From Balanoglossus misakiensis (Eukaryota; Animalia; Hemichordata), in the NCBI GenBank assembly GCA_040954595.2, contig CM082583.2, positions 342,542 to 406,541 of the forward strand: a stretch of DNA of 64,000 nucleotides, read 5' to 3'. The position numbers were made by a program, and so were the translations under genes. Shown in pieces: positions 23,412 through 36,544 of the stretch. The notes under the pieces are model-generated. The model was given only the letters and a program-made list of their open reading frames with translations. It had not been told where the DNA came from and did no database searches. The number at the start of each line of letters is the position of its first letter. Position 1 is the first letter of the stretch.

Positions 23412-26400
23412 AGGGCCCAAGCGCACGCAAGCGCTTGGGCCCTATTGGTTTCGTTGGAATTTTTTAGGGCCCAAGCGCACGCAAGCGCTTGGGCCCTATT
23501 GGTTTCGTTGGGGTTTTTAGGGCCCAAGCGCATACCAGCGCTTGGGCCCTATTGGTTTCGTTGGGGTTTTTTAGGGCCCAAGCGCATACCAGCGCTTGGG
23601 CCCTATTGGTTTCGTTGGGGTTTTTCTTTCTTCTTTCTTTATTCTTGTGTCAATTCTTTGTCGCTCTAGATCTCAGACACCGCTGCAGGTACACTTCTGA
23701 AACTTGCTACAGTGGTCAAGGTCAATGAGTAGTCGTGCATTGAACCCTTGAATTTTTAATTAGTCACGTGACCTGGCGGCCATATTGGATATTCTGAAAA
23801 AATGCAAATGTCAGATCTCAGAAACTACAAGTCAGATCGACTTCAAATTTGGTGTGCAGGTAGTTTACCTTCTACCCATCATTTTTGTAATTGGAAATTA
23901 TGCTGTCAATGTTGCAGTTTTTTTGCTACAATTTTTTTTCTGAAATCTGGCTTAAATTTCAAAAATCTTCTTCTCCAGAACCGGTGATAACCGAGTCACG
24001 CGGTTTGGGGTATGTGGTCACCTAACTGATGTCTATCAAGTTTGCGAAGATCATTGTGATTGGTTGAAGATTATGGCGGCCATATTGGATTTTCGAAAAA
24101 CCCTAGTAAAATTTCAAAAATCTTCTTCTCAAGAACCGGCGATAACCGAGTCACAAGATTTGGTGTGTGTGGTCACTAAACAGATGTCTATCAAGTTTGC
24201 GAAGAGGAATGTGATTGGTCGAAGATTATGGCGGCCATATTGGATTTTGTGAAAAACGATTAAAAAGTAAAAATTCCCTTTCTAGCCTAAAAATTGATAG
24301 CACAGAAATTCTTTTTATGGATATGAATCATCATATGCCAAGAATAAGCTATAAATATTTTGGTAATTTTGGCAATGACCTTTGACCTACTTTTGACGCA
24401 TGATTTTTCTGCGTATCTAATTCCAGGCTAACCAATAGGGCTATAAGTTTGGTTTTTGATGTATGTGGATTTGTATGTGATCAACAAATTTTGCTACTTT
24501 TCATGACCCCTTTGACCTCTGCTGACCTCATTAAATATGCACATACCTAATTACAGATGAACCAATAGACCTAGAGGTTTTGTTTTTGTTATACATGGAC
24601 CACTATGGGTCAAAATTTTCTACCCAAATTTTGGGTGACCTCAGATGACCTTTGACCTACTTTTGCATATCTCAGCATCCAAAGCAGGTACAACCTTGGC
24701 GTTTGGAGGTATTGGGCCATAATGAAAAGCCAAAGTTGTGGGGTCACCTGTGACACCTGCTTTACGCATTATTTATGTGCATACCTAATTCCGGGTTAAC
24801 CAAAAGGGCTAGAGGTCTGGTTTTTGTTGGACATTGACCACTATGGGTCAAAATATTCTGCCCAAATTGTGGGTGACCCCTGGGTGACCTTTGACCTACT
24901 TAACACTATATCAGCACCAAACATAGATATAACCTTGATATTTCATGGGATAAAACACTGCATTATGTTTCTACTCATTAATTATGTGCATATCTAATAA
25001 TCAGATCAGATAATAGAGCTTGGGCCCGGACAATGCTGCTTGCAGCTTTAATCTTTCTTTCTTTCTTTCTTTCTTTATTCTTCTGTCATTTCTTTGTCGC
25101 TCTAGATCTCAGACACCACTGCAGGTACAGTTCTCAAACTTGCTACAGTGGTCAAGGTCAATGAGTAGTCGTGCATTGAACCCTTGAATTTTTAATTAGT
25201 CACATGACCTGGCGGCCATCTTGGATTTTCTGAAAAAATGCAAATCTCAGATCTCAGAAACTACAAGTCAGATCGACTTCAAATTTGGCGTGCAGGTAGA
25301 CTACCTTCTGTCAAACATTTTTGTAATTGGAAATTATGCTGTCAATGTTGCAGTTTTTTTGCTACAATTTTTTTTCTGAAATCTGGCTTAAATTTCAAAA
25401 ATCTTCTTCTCCAGAACCGGTGATAACCGAGACATGGGGTTTGGGGTATGTGGTCACCTAACTGATGTCTATCAAGTTTGCGAAGATCATTGTGATTGGT
25501 CAAAGATTATGGCGGCCATATTGGATTTTCGAAAAACCCTAGTAAAATTTCAAAAATCTTCTTCTCGAGAACCGGCGATAACCGAGTCACAAGATTTTGT
25601 GTGTGTGGTCATTCAACAGATGTCTATCAAGTTTGCGAAGAGGAATGTGATTGGTCGAAGATTATGGCGGCCATATTGGATTTTGTGAAAAACGATTAAA
25701 AAGTAAAAATTCCCTTTCTAGCCTAAAAATTGATAGCACAGAAATTCTTTTTATGGATATGAATCATCATATAACAAGAATAAGCTATAAATATTTTGGT
25801 AATTTTGGCAATGACCTTTGACCTACTTTTGACGCATCAATTTTCTGCATATCTAATTCCAGGCTAACCAATAGGGCTATAAGTTTGGTTTTTGATGTAT
25901 GTGGATTTGTATGTGATCAAAAAATGTTGGTACTTTTCATGACCCCTTTGACCTTTGCTGACCTCATTAAATATGCACATACCTAATTACAGATGAAACA
26001 ATAGACCTAGAGGTTTTGTTTTTGTTATACAGGACAAGTATGGGGTCAAAATTTTTTACCCAAATTTTGGGTGACCTCTGGTGACCTTTGACCTAATTTC
26101 GCAAATCTCAGCATCCACAGCAGATACAGCCTTGGCGTTTTGAGGTATGGGGCCATAATGAAAAGCCAAAGTTTTGGGTCACCTGTGACACCTGCTTAAC
26201 TCATTATTTATGTGCATACCTAATTCCGGGCTAACCAAAAGGGGTAGAGATCTGGTTTTTGTTGGACATGGACCACTATGGGTCAAAATTTTCTGCCCAA
26301 ATTGTGGGTGACCTCTGGGTGACCTTTGACCAACTTAACACTATATCAACACCAAACATAGATATAAACTTGATATTTCATGGGATAAAACACAGCATTA

Positions 26401-29190
26401 TGTTTCTACTCATTAATTATGTGCATATCTAATAATCAGATCAGATAATAGAGCTTGGGCCCGGACAATGCTGCTTGCAGCTTTAATTCTTTCTTTCTTT
26501 TTTCTTGTGTCAATTTCTTCGGCCAACGAGATCTCTGAAACTACTGCAGGTACACTTCTCAAACTTGCTACAGTGGTCAAGGTCAATGAGTAGATGTGCA
26601 GTGACTTGTGAATAATTAATTAGTCACATGACCTGGCGGCCATATTGGATTTTCTGAAAAAATTCAAATCTCAGATCTCAGAAACTACAAGTCAGATCGA
26701 CTTCAAATTTGGCATGCAGGTAGACTACCTTCTACCCATCATTTTTGTAATTGGAAATTTTGCTGTCAATGTTGCAGTTTTTTTGCTACAATTTTTTTTC
26801 TGAAATCTGGCTTAAATTTCAAAAATCTTCTTCTCCAGAACCAGTGATAACCGAGACACGGGGTTTGGGGTATGTGGTCACCTAACTGATGTCTATCAAG
26901 TTTGCGAAGATCATTGTGATTGGTCGAAGATTATGGCGGCCATATTGGATTTTAGAAAAACCATAGTTAAACTCCAAAAATCTTCTTCTCCAGAACGGGC
27001 GATGACTGAGTCGCAAGATTCGGGGAGTATGGTCACTACTCTGATGTCTATCAAGTTTGCAAAGAGCATTGTGATTGGTCGAAGATTATGGCGGCCATAT
27101 TGGATTTTGTAAAAAGCACTGAAAAATTGAAATTCCTTTTTCTAGTCTAAAAATTGATAGCATACAAATTCTTTTTATGGATATCAATCGTCATGTGACT
27201 AAAATATGTTACAATTTTTTGGCGATTTTTCACATGACCTTTGACCTACTTATCACGCGTTATTATTTCTGCATATCTAATTCCAGGCTAACCTATAGGG
27301 CTAGACGTTTGGTTTTTGATGAATGTGGATTAGTGTGTGATCAAAATATTTTGCTACTTTTCATGACCCCTTTGACCTCTGCTGACCTCATTAATTATGT
27401 GCATAGCTAATTACAGGCGAACCAATAGAGCTAGAGGTTTGGTTTTTGTTGGACACAGACCAGTATGGGATCAAAATGTTTTGCCCAAATGTTGCGTGAC
27501 CTCTGGTGACCTTTGACCTACTTTCGCATATCTCAGCATCCAGAGCAGATACAGCCATGGCATTTGGTAGGATGGGACCAAAATGTAAAGCCACATTTTT
27601 GGGTCACCTGTGACACCTGCTGACCTCATTAAATATGCACATACCTAATTACAGGCGAACCAATAGAGCTAGAGTTTTGGTTTTTGTTGGACATGGACCA
27701 GTATGGGTCAAAAAAATTGCCCAAATGTTGGGTGACCTCAGGTGACCTTTGACCTACTTCACCCTATTTAAGCAGCAAAAATACACACGTCCTTGATATG
27801 TCATGAGATAATACATCCGATAGAAAATTCTGTTTCTTCTCATTCATACTGTGCATATATAATTCAAGATCAGCGCTTGGGCCCGACAATGCTGCTCGCA
27901 GCTTTAATCTTTCTTTCTTTCTTTCTTTATTCTTGTGTCAATTCTTTGGGCAACGAGATCTCAGACACCGCTGCAGGTACACTTCTCAAACTTGCTACAG
28001 TGGTCAAGGTCAATGAGTAGATGTGCAGTGACTTGTGAATACTTAATTAGTCACGTGACCTGGCGGCCATATTGGATTTTCTGAAAAAAATCAAATCTCA
28101 GATCTCAGAAACTACAAGTCAGATCGACTTCAAATTTGGCATGCAGGTAGACTACCTTCTACCCATCATTTGTGTAATTGGGAATTTTGCTGTCAATGTT
28201 GCAGTTTTTTTGCTACAGTTGTTTTTCTCAAATCTGGCTTAAATTTCAAAAATCTTCTTCTCCAGAACCAGTGATAACCGAGACACGGGGTTTGGGGTAT
28301 GTGGTCATCTAACTGATGTCTATCAAGTTTGCGAAGATCATTGTGATTGGTCGAAGATTATGGCGGCCATATTGGATTTTCGAAAAACCATAGTAAAACT
28401 GCAAAAATCTTCTTCTCCAGAAAGAACCGATGACTGAGTCGCAAGATTCGGGGAGTATGGTCACTACACTGATGTCTATCAAGTTTGCAAAGAGCATTGT
28501 GATTGGTCGAAGATTATGGCGGCCATATTGGATTTTGTAAAAAGCAGTGAAAAATTGAAATTCCTTTTTCTAGTCTAAAAATTGATAGCATACAAATTCT
28601 TTTTATGGATATCAGTCGTCATGTGACTAAAATATGCTACAATTTTTTGGTGATTTTTCACATGACCTTTGACCTACTTATCATGCGTTATTATTTCTGC
28701 ATATCTAATTCCAGGCTAACCTATAGGGCTAGAGGTTTGGTTTTTGATGAATGTGGATTAGTGTGTGATCAAAATATTTTGCTACTTTTCATGACCCCTT
28801 TGACCTCTGCTGACCTCATTAATTATGTGCATAGCTAATTTCAGGCGAACCAATAGAGCTAGAGGTTTGATTTTTGTTGGACATGGACCAGTATGGGATC
28901 AAAATTTTTGCCCAAATTTTGGGTGACCTCTGGTGACCTTTGACCTACTTTCGCATATCTCAGCATTGTTGGACATGGACCAGTATGGGTAAAAAAAATT
29001 GCCCAAATGTTGAGTGACCTCAGGTGACCTTTGACCTACTTCACCCTATTTCAGCAGCAAAAATACACACGTCCTTGTTATGTCATGAGATAATACACCC
29101 GATAGAAAATTCTGTTTCTTCTCATTCATACTGTGCATATATAATTCGAGATCAGCGCTTGGGCCCGACAATGCTGCTCGCAGCTTTAAT
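23412..29190 (+). mobile_element. Nest of four Helentron-type (HINE/DINE-1-like) non-autonomous elements
   Basis: Four 5' hairpin heads (23412, 23466, 23519, 23573), a (CTTT)n tract, then four 1.3-1.45-kb bodies. Each body ends in GCTTGGGCCC plus a GCTGC-NN-GCAGC stem-loop plus TTTAAT (about 25052, 26487, 27908, 29190). No long TIRs or clear TSD. Confidence 0.85.
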
Positions 29191-29549
29191 TAAATTTAAT
29201 ATCGTGTTTACGAAAAAACATGCCGTGACATAATTTGTGACCCCGGCCAGCATTGACGAAGGATTCAATTTTATTACACATATTCATAGTAAGCGAAAAA
29301 TTGGGTTTCAGATGCATTTTTAGGCTTTTTATATCATAATAACGAGTTTGTATGAATGTTTACTCATAGTCGTATTCATACAACAAGCTAAATAGTCAGT
29401 AGTTCCATAGCAAACCAAAACTATCCATATAAAGCATGACTAGACAAATTTCTATCCGAGCAATTACAACTTGAATTTCACTAGAGTAGCAACGCTCATA
29501 AAGTTGACTGAAACGTTGTGTTTAGGTCCCATGGTATGTATGTCAATCC

Positions 29550-30704
29550 AAATAAAAAAACTTGGAAACCACTTGGCATATCACCTTGATATAAACGAAG
29601 TTGTCATTCTCAAAAATATGCAAATTAGCTTGAAAATGTGAAATTGGTCAAAACTCCGAAACTCAACAACTATTGGGCAAATTGCTTTGAAAATTGGTAT
29701 GAATGTACCTTATGTCAACCACTGAACCTCATACAGTCCTCAAAATTTTAGTTAATATCATGAATTTTCTATTTTTATGAAGATTTTAGTCTTTTTTTTA
29801 TATTATAGACTGTAAACAATCATGGGTTGATTGCTTTAAAATTTATTATGAAGCTTCCAATAGGTAATCTAAGTCATTTTTTCCAGTTTGTTGCATAATT
29901 TGCATATTTGTAATTTTTGGGTAATTTTTATGATTTTTTGTAAAAAATCATTTCTCTGAAACCTCTTGTCCAGAATCATTAGGATTTTGGTAGGCATGTT
30001 CCTAGGGATAACCCAAGTAAGCTGTCGTACATACCTTGTTGGTGAAATTTCCATATTCGTGTTCTTGGGGCAATTTTGGGGGATTTTGCGCAAAAAAATT
30101 GTTTTCTATGAAACCGTTTGTCAGATTGCTTTGTATTTTTGTAGGCACATTCCTTATGGTGATTGAAGTAAGACATTGTACAATTCTGGTGATATTTGCA
30201 TTCTTGTGTTTTTACCACTTTTGAAGCAATATTGCTGTGACATTTTGTGGGAATTATCATGTGGGAACTCAAGTAGGTAATGAAAAGTGTTGGTGAAATT
30301 TGTGTTCTTAGGGCAATTTTTGGTGTTTTGGGTCTTAATTACTTAATTACCTACTGTAATTACTGGAGTTTTTTTTTCTTTTTTCTTGAGTCATTTTAAT
30401 TTTTTGTTCACCTAGATCTCAGAAACTGCGCTTCTGAACCTTGGCATATAAAGGTTGGCAAACACATCTGGTCACTGATAACATACTTTGTATAAATAGT
30501 GGGACTTTTTTGTTTTGGTTATGTAAATGTCTCCATACACAATATTTTTAGCCTGTCAATATGATTTTTCCACAGCGGACACAATGTGTGTTTGTGCTGT
30601 GGTGAATCTAGGATCAGAGATTTGAGGTCATTTTTGCCGGTGGTCTCCACTTTAAGGGCCTTTTGATAATGAGAGGGACATTTTTTCTGTTGCCATTATG
30701 ACAA
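29550..30704 (+). mobile_element. Old degenerate repeat, possibly another HINE-like family
   Basis: Recurrent degenerate ATTGCTTTGAAAATTGG-like subrepeats and TATGCAAATTAG motifs as in the neighbouring elements. Boundaries uncertain. Confidence 0.35.
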
Positions 30705-33322
30705 TTATTATTATTATTATTATTATTAAGAATTGTTTAAAATGCGCTACACATACGTCTCAGCGCATTGTACATAGCTAAAAGAGTAGATTAAAAAATA
30801 CAAGGCTGGTAAAAATAGTTAAAAGGACACAATCGAACACGTTACACATAAAACCGAGTAAAAAGGTATGTTTTCAAATTACGCTTAAAAATATTGACAC
30901 TTCTGGCGGTTTTGATATCAAGGGGTAAATTGTTCCATAAAATGGGCGCACAAACTGAAAAAGCTCTCTGTCCGTAGGTTTTGTTAAATTTACCATGAGG
31001 ATGAGTTAAAAAGAATTGAACACTAGAGCGCAGTTCTCGAGCTGGTACATATAAATGTAAAAGATCAGTCAAATAGGCGGGTGCCTTACCACTGATACAT
31101 TTGAATGTGAGCAAGAGAATTTTAAAACTGATGCGGGCCTCTACCGGTAGCCAGTGTAAATCTTTGAGTATGGGTGTGATATGATCGGACTTGCGCGTAC
31201 GAGTAACTAGCCTCGCCGCAGCATTCTGTAGAGACTGAAGTCGAGCTAGATGTCCCTTCGGGATACCAAACAAAAGACTATTACAGTAATCTAAATGAGA
31301 CGTTACAAATGCATGAACTAGTTTCTCAGTTGTAGATCTGTCAAGAAGATTACGAATTTTAGCTATTCTATGCAAAGAGAAGAAACCATTTTTGCACAGC
31401 TTACTAATATGATCAGACATGCTACCATCCTGACTTAAAATAACGCCGAGATTTTTAACTGAAACTGAAGGAATTATGTCACATTGTCCGATTCTTAGAC
31501 AGTCTAATGTTGTCACATTAGATTTTAAACGTGATGAAAAGTGAATAACTTCAGTTTTATCATCATTCAGTACAAGCATGTTAGATTTCATCCAGCTGCG
31601 GATATCATCGACGCAGAGCTCAATGTTATTGCGAACATCGTTAGGGCTGTTGCAGATGGCATAAATTTGCGTATCGTCCGCGTATATCATGCAATCAATC
31701 CCGTGTTTTCCGAAGATGTCTTCCAGAGGTGCAGTGTAGAGTGTAAACATGAGAGGTCCTAGAACAGATCCTTGTGGAACGCCATATTTCATGCGAGAAC
31801 TTGGGGATGATGCAGATCCAACCTTGACGCACTGTTGGCGATTAACGAGGTACGAACGAAACCACGATAAAGTGTTACCAGTTATTCCAAAACGATGATG
31901 TAGTCTCTGTAGCATTATTTCATGATCGATAGTGTCAAACGCCGCTGATAAATCTAACATGATAAGAATTACATCCTGTTTGTTATTCAAGGCAAGCATG
32001 ATGTCATTGTGGACACGCAAGAGAGCAGTTTCCGTGCTATGATTAGCACGGTAAGCACTTTGAAACTTTGTGAAAAGACTAAATTTAGTGAGGTGACTGT
32101 TCAGTTGCTGAACGACTACACGCTCGAGGAGTTTTGACAAGAACGGAAGGTTTGAAACCGGTCTGTAGTTCTTCAGAATGTTCTGATCCAGATCAACTTT
32201 CTTTAACAATGGACGAATTATCGCTGACTTGAAATGACTCGGCACGATGCCAGCTGTGAGCGAATTGTTGAAAAGATCAGCAAGGAAAGGTGCTAAGATG
32301 TGTACGCAATTCTTCAACACTCCATATGGTAGAATGTCGAGTTCACAAGATTTCGGTGGTGATTGTTTCACTAACGCAATTATATGCCCAGGTGACACTG
32401 GGTCAAATTCCGCGAAAGTATGAGTCGGTGTTATGTCAGCCTCACAGCTGTGCGGTTGTGGACCAATCCTGTCACGGAGTTGCGACACCTTGTTTTCAAA
32501 ATAATTCATGAAGGCTGATGGAATTTCTTTTGTTGGTACGTTGTTCGGAATGGAGTTGGATAATGCTTTTCTCGAATCGGACAGTTCTGCAACAATCGCA
32601 AACAATTTCTTGTTATCTGCGTCTTCAATTCTAATCCGGTGATAGTCTGTTTTTAATGCGTCACATCGGCGTGAATATTCCATGCGCTTAAAAATGAACA
32701 TTTGGCGATCGATTTCCAAATTTGATTTACGCCAATTTATTTCCAGTCGACGTAACTCTTTTCTCATAGTTAGTAAATCCTCAGAGAACCATGGTGCACG
32801 CACTTTATTTAAGACTGATTTGCTTTTGACGGGGGCGACCTCATCAAGGGCGTCGGTAACAACTCCATGGAAATAATGGTACAAATCGTCTGGGTTGGTA
32901 ATGCTGGGAAGATTGGGCATTTCGGATGAGAGTATATCGACCAGCTTATCAGTGTTCATTGTACGAAAGTCACGTTGTGTAATTGTTACCTTGGTGTTGG
33001 GCGATCGCTGAACATTAAGTCCAAAATATAAAATACTATGATCAGAGTTTAGCGAGTCGTCGGATCTGATTGAGTGAAGCAGGTGCTCTGATGAACGTGT
33101 TATAAGTAGATCCAATGTGTGGCCTTTGCTGTGTGTTGGTATCTTAACGTGCTGTTGTAGGCCAAAGGATTGAAGAAGGTCGACCAACTTACTTGTGTCC
33201 GGAGAACTCATGTTCTCGACTGGAAAATTAAAATCTCCAGCAACTAAGAGATGGCCCGAGGAAGGTACGGCTGTTTCCATAAGAGTGGAAAAATCAGAGA
33301 TGAAGTCGTTTGTGGTCAATCA
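30705..33322 (-). mobile_element. 5'-truncated non-LTR retrotransposon, L2/CR1 group
   Basis: (TAA)n 3' tail at 30705-30728, short 3' UTR, ORF2 lacking the endonuclease N-terminus. Confidence 0.93.
30842..33319 (-). CDS. LINE ORF2: partial APE endonuclease plus reverse transcriptase (825 uninterrupted codons)
   Basis: GDFN, TLDL and SDH (APE); NYRPVSNL, DLSAAFDT, GVPQGSVLGP, YADD (RT); LHWLP C-terminal motif typical of L2-group elements. Confidence 0.95.
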   Translation of the reverse strand: MTTNDFISDFSTLMETAVPSSGHLLVAGDFNFPVENMSSPDTSKLVDLLQSFGLQQHVKIPTHSKGHTLDLLITRSSEHLLHSIRSDDSLNSDHSILYFGLNVQRSPNTKVTITQRDFRTMNTDKLVDILSSEMPNLPSITNPDDLYHYFHGVVTDALDEVAPVKSKSVLNKVRAPWFSEDLLTMRKELRRLEINWRKSNLEIDRQMFIFKRMEYSRRCDALKTDYHRIRIEDADNKKLFAIVAELSDSRKALSNSIPNNVPTKEIPSAFMNYFENKVSQLRDRIGPQPHSCEADITPTHTFAEFDPVSPGHIIALVKQSPPKSCELDILPYGVLKNCVHILAPFLADLFNNSLTAGIVPSHFKSAIIRPLLKKVDLDQNILKNYRPVSNLPFLSKLLERVVVQQLNSHLTKFSLFTKFQSAYRANHSTETALLRVHNDIMLALNNKQDVILIMLDLSAAFDTIDHEIMLQRLHHRFGITGNTLSWFRSYLVNRQQCVKVGSASSPSSRMKYGVPQGSVLGPLMFTLYTAPLEDIFGKHGIDCMIYADDTQIYAICNSPNDVRNNIELCVDDIRSWMKSNMLVLNDDKTEVIHFSSRLKSNVTTLDCLRIGQCDIIPSVSVKNLGVILSQDGSMSDHISKLCKNGFFSLHRIAKIRNLLDRSTTEKLVHAFVTSHLDYCNSLLFGIPKGHLARLQSLQNAAARLVTRTRKSDHITPILKDLHWLPVEARISFKILLLTFKCISGKAPAYLTDLLHLYVPARELRSSVQFFLTHPHGKFNKTYGQRAFSVCAPILWNNLPLDIKTARSVNIFKRNLKTYLFTRFYV

Positions 33323-33733
33323 TACTAGTATACAAATATTCATAAAGTAAGGCAAGATTGAGAGTAAGAATTGCAGAGAATTCCATTGCAGTTTTAGTCT
33401 GTACACTGCACTGCAACTACACCCCATGTAAAGTGTAGGAATAAAATTGTGCTATCTAATCTTTTTTTCGGTGTGATCATGATTATCAATGATGATTTGT
33501 GAAGCATTTTCCAATATTTTACAATGTGAGCTGCTGTTCTGAGTCAATGATCTGAATTGCACATTTGCATAAAGTTCAAAAGAATAGCACCCTTGATTCA
33601 AACACCAACTGTATCATCTTAATGTTGAACTGCCTGTGGTAACATTTTCTGGGCTTTTACTGAGGAGACTATTGACAATTGACCATGTCTGCGTCTATTC
33701 AAGTATTTCAGCATTCTCAGCCTAGGAAGTTAA

Positions 33734-34078
33734 ACGGACAAAGTCTCTCTCTCCCTGCCCTTTTCCCATTAATTAGGTTTGATACAACACACTGTTTATG
33801 TTAATGAACATTTGTATATGTAGTGAATGTACATTCAACAACACACAAATTCCATACCACTTGTATGATATGAGAGTGAAAGCTCACCCAAAATGAATAA
33901 ATGGTAGACACTGATTATTCATTTTGGCGAGTTTTTCACTCTCATGTCTACAAGCAGGATGGAAGTTGTGTGTTTTTGAACGTTGGTTCACTATATATCC
34001 ACATATACATTAACATAAACGGTGTCTTGTATCAAACATAATTATTGGGAAAAGGGTAGCAAAGAGAGACTTTATCCT
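33734..34078. mobile_element. TTAA-flanked MITE (Kolobok-like), copy 2
   Basis: TTAA-ACGGACAAAGTCTCTCT ... AGAGAGACTTTATCCT-TTAA; homologous to 14275-14629. Confidence 0.75.
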
Positions 34079-35034
34079 TTAACTTTCCTGCTTAGAACTA
34101 TAGTAAATGTTCTCCTAAATTTTAAAATTTAGGATTATAATATAAGGCTCTGTAGTTATCTCATTTTTATATGTGGATGAGAACTGGCAACAGTTTTATA
34201 AACACCTTTATACAAATTTGAAGATGAAAACATATGAGTTCCTCTTACCCATGATTTCTATATTTTTTGAAAGTTTTGATTTTGTGCTCAAAATTGTTTT
34301 CAACTTTCTTAAATTGCAGGAGGAACTTTCCATGTGATCTAGCCGACAGGACTTGTGGGAAAAAGTTGAAGATTACAGAAATAGATGTACATTATAGCAG
34401 CCGAGCTTTGAGCAGGGAAGTAAAATTTTTTATACGATGTACTTTATTGTTTTACTTGACAGCTTAAATATTGCATAATTGGCAGATGGTGCAAAATTCT
34501 GGCTGCCTTTAATAGGTGTTCACTTTGTGCTAGGGGGTCAAATCACATTATAATAATTGCATTCTGGGTAAAAAGTCGACAACTCACTGTAGTAAGAGAT
34601 AGAATAAATGATATGTTTACTGTATGTTATGACTTTCTTTGGTCAAACATGTCTGTCTTTGTACTTAACATATCAAACTCATTAAACTTTTTTCACATTT
34701 TGTTATTTTTTCTGTTACAAAGATTCAGAAAGACTCAATATCACTTTAGCTCATGAACTCCCATTTCTTAAACATGGCAAAAATCGGCCATCTTGAAATT
34801 GTGTCGACCATATTATGAGATTTTCATCACTCACTTAGGTAGCTTAAAACCTATTTAAGGTAGGGAGGATTAAAAACGACATGGTAGGCATCTGCTTTTC
34901 AGTTTGGATTAACTTCATGATGTTCAAATGCAAATTACGGCAAAGAGGATGATCACACCAGTCACGTTGAAATTGGAGCAGTAATATTCTTAAAATCAAT
35001 GACAATTGAAAGACAAATGTAATATGAGAAAAAA

Positions 35035-36522
35035 ATTAAAGCTGCAAGCAGCATTGTCCGGGCCCAAGCTCTATTATCTGATCTGATTATTAGATATGCA
35101 CATAATAAATGAGTAGAAACATAATGCTGTGTTTTATCCCATGAAATATCAAGGTTATATCTATGTTCGGTGCTGATATAGTGTTAAGTAGGTCAAAGGT
35201 CTCCCAGAGGTCACCCACAATTTGGGCAGAAAATTTTACCCATAGTGGCCCATGTCCAACAAAAACCAGACCTCTAGCCCTTTTGGTTAGCCCGGAATTA
35301 GGTATGCACATAAATAATGAGTTAAGCAGGTGTCACTGGTGACCCAAAACTTTGGCTTTTCATTATGGCCCCATATCTCCAAATGCCAAGGCTGTACCTG
35401 CTTTGGATGCCGAGATATGCAAAAGTAGGTCAAAGGTCATCTGAGGTCACCCAACATTTGGGCAAAATATTTTGACCCCATACTGGTCCATGTATAACAA
35501 AAACAAAACCTCTAGGTCTATTGGTTCATCTGTAATTAGGTATATGCATATTTAATGAGGTCAGCAGAGGTCAAAGGGGTCATGAAAAGTAGCAAAATTT
35601 TTTGATCACATACAAATCCACATACATCAAAAACCAAACTTATAGCCCTATTGGTTAGCCTGGAATTAGATATGCAGAAAAATGATGCGTCAAAAGTAGG
35701 TCAAAGGTCATTGCCAAAATTACCAAAATATTTATAGGTTATTCTTGTCATATGATGATTCATATCCATAAAAAGAATTTCTGTGCTATCAATTTTTAGG
35801 CTAGAAAAGGAATTTTTACTTTTTAATCGTTTTTCACAAAATCCAATATGGCCGCCATAATCTTCGACCAATCACATTCCCCTTCGCAAACTTGATAGAC
35901 ATCTGTTTAATGACCACACACACCAAATCTTGTGACTCGGTTATCGCCCGTTCTGGAGGAGAAGATTTTTGAAGTTTTACTATGGTTTTTCGAAAATCCA
36001 ATATGGCCGCCATAATCTTCGACCAATCACAATGATCTTCGCAAACTTGATAGACATCAGTTAGGTGACCACATACCCCAAACGGCGTGACTCGGTTATC
36101 GCCGGTTCTGGAGAAGAAGATTTTTGAAATTTTGACCAGATTTCAGAAAAACAACTGTAGCAAAAAAACTGCAACATTGACAGCAAAATATCCAATTACA
36201 AAAATGATGGGCAGAGGGTATACTACAAGCACGCCAAATCTGAACTCGATCTGACTTGTAGTTTCTGAGATCTGAGATTTGCATTTTTTCAGAAAATCCA
36301 ATATGGCCGCCATGTCACGTGACTAATTAAGTATTCACAAGTCACTGCACATCTACTCATTGACCTTGACCACTGTAGCAAGTTTGAGAACTGTACCTGC
36401 AGCGGTGTCTGAGATCTAGAGCACGAAAGAAGTGAACCAAGAATAAAGAAAGAAAGAAAGAAAGAAAGAAAAACCCCAACGAAACCAATACGGGCCCAAG
36501 CCTGGCTTGGCTTGGGCCCGTA
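35035..36522 (-). mobile_element. Single complete HINE-like element
   Basis: Head hairpin at 36489-36522; tail stem-loop and sub-terminal repeat at 35041-35070. Confidence 0.85.
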
Positions 36523-36544
36523 ATGATTAGGAATAATAGGATGA

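Noticed and set aside
23412-23625. Stacked palindromic repeats resembling a CRISPR array
   Set aside because: Intervening sequences are near-identical rather than unique spacers, there are no cas genes, the context is eukaryotic, and each repeat is a transposon head matched to a downstream body.
23412-29190. Simple head-to-tail rolling-circle concatemer
   Set aside because: Internal tail-to-body junctions lack heads, all heads are at the 5' end, and the bodies belong to two subfamilies.
30842-33319. RT ORF as a retron, group II intron, DGR or domesticated host gene
   Set aside because: APE remnant, LHWLP C-terminus, (TAA)n tail and 5' truncation indicate an ordinary LINE copy.
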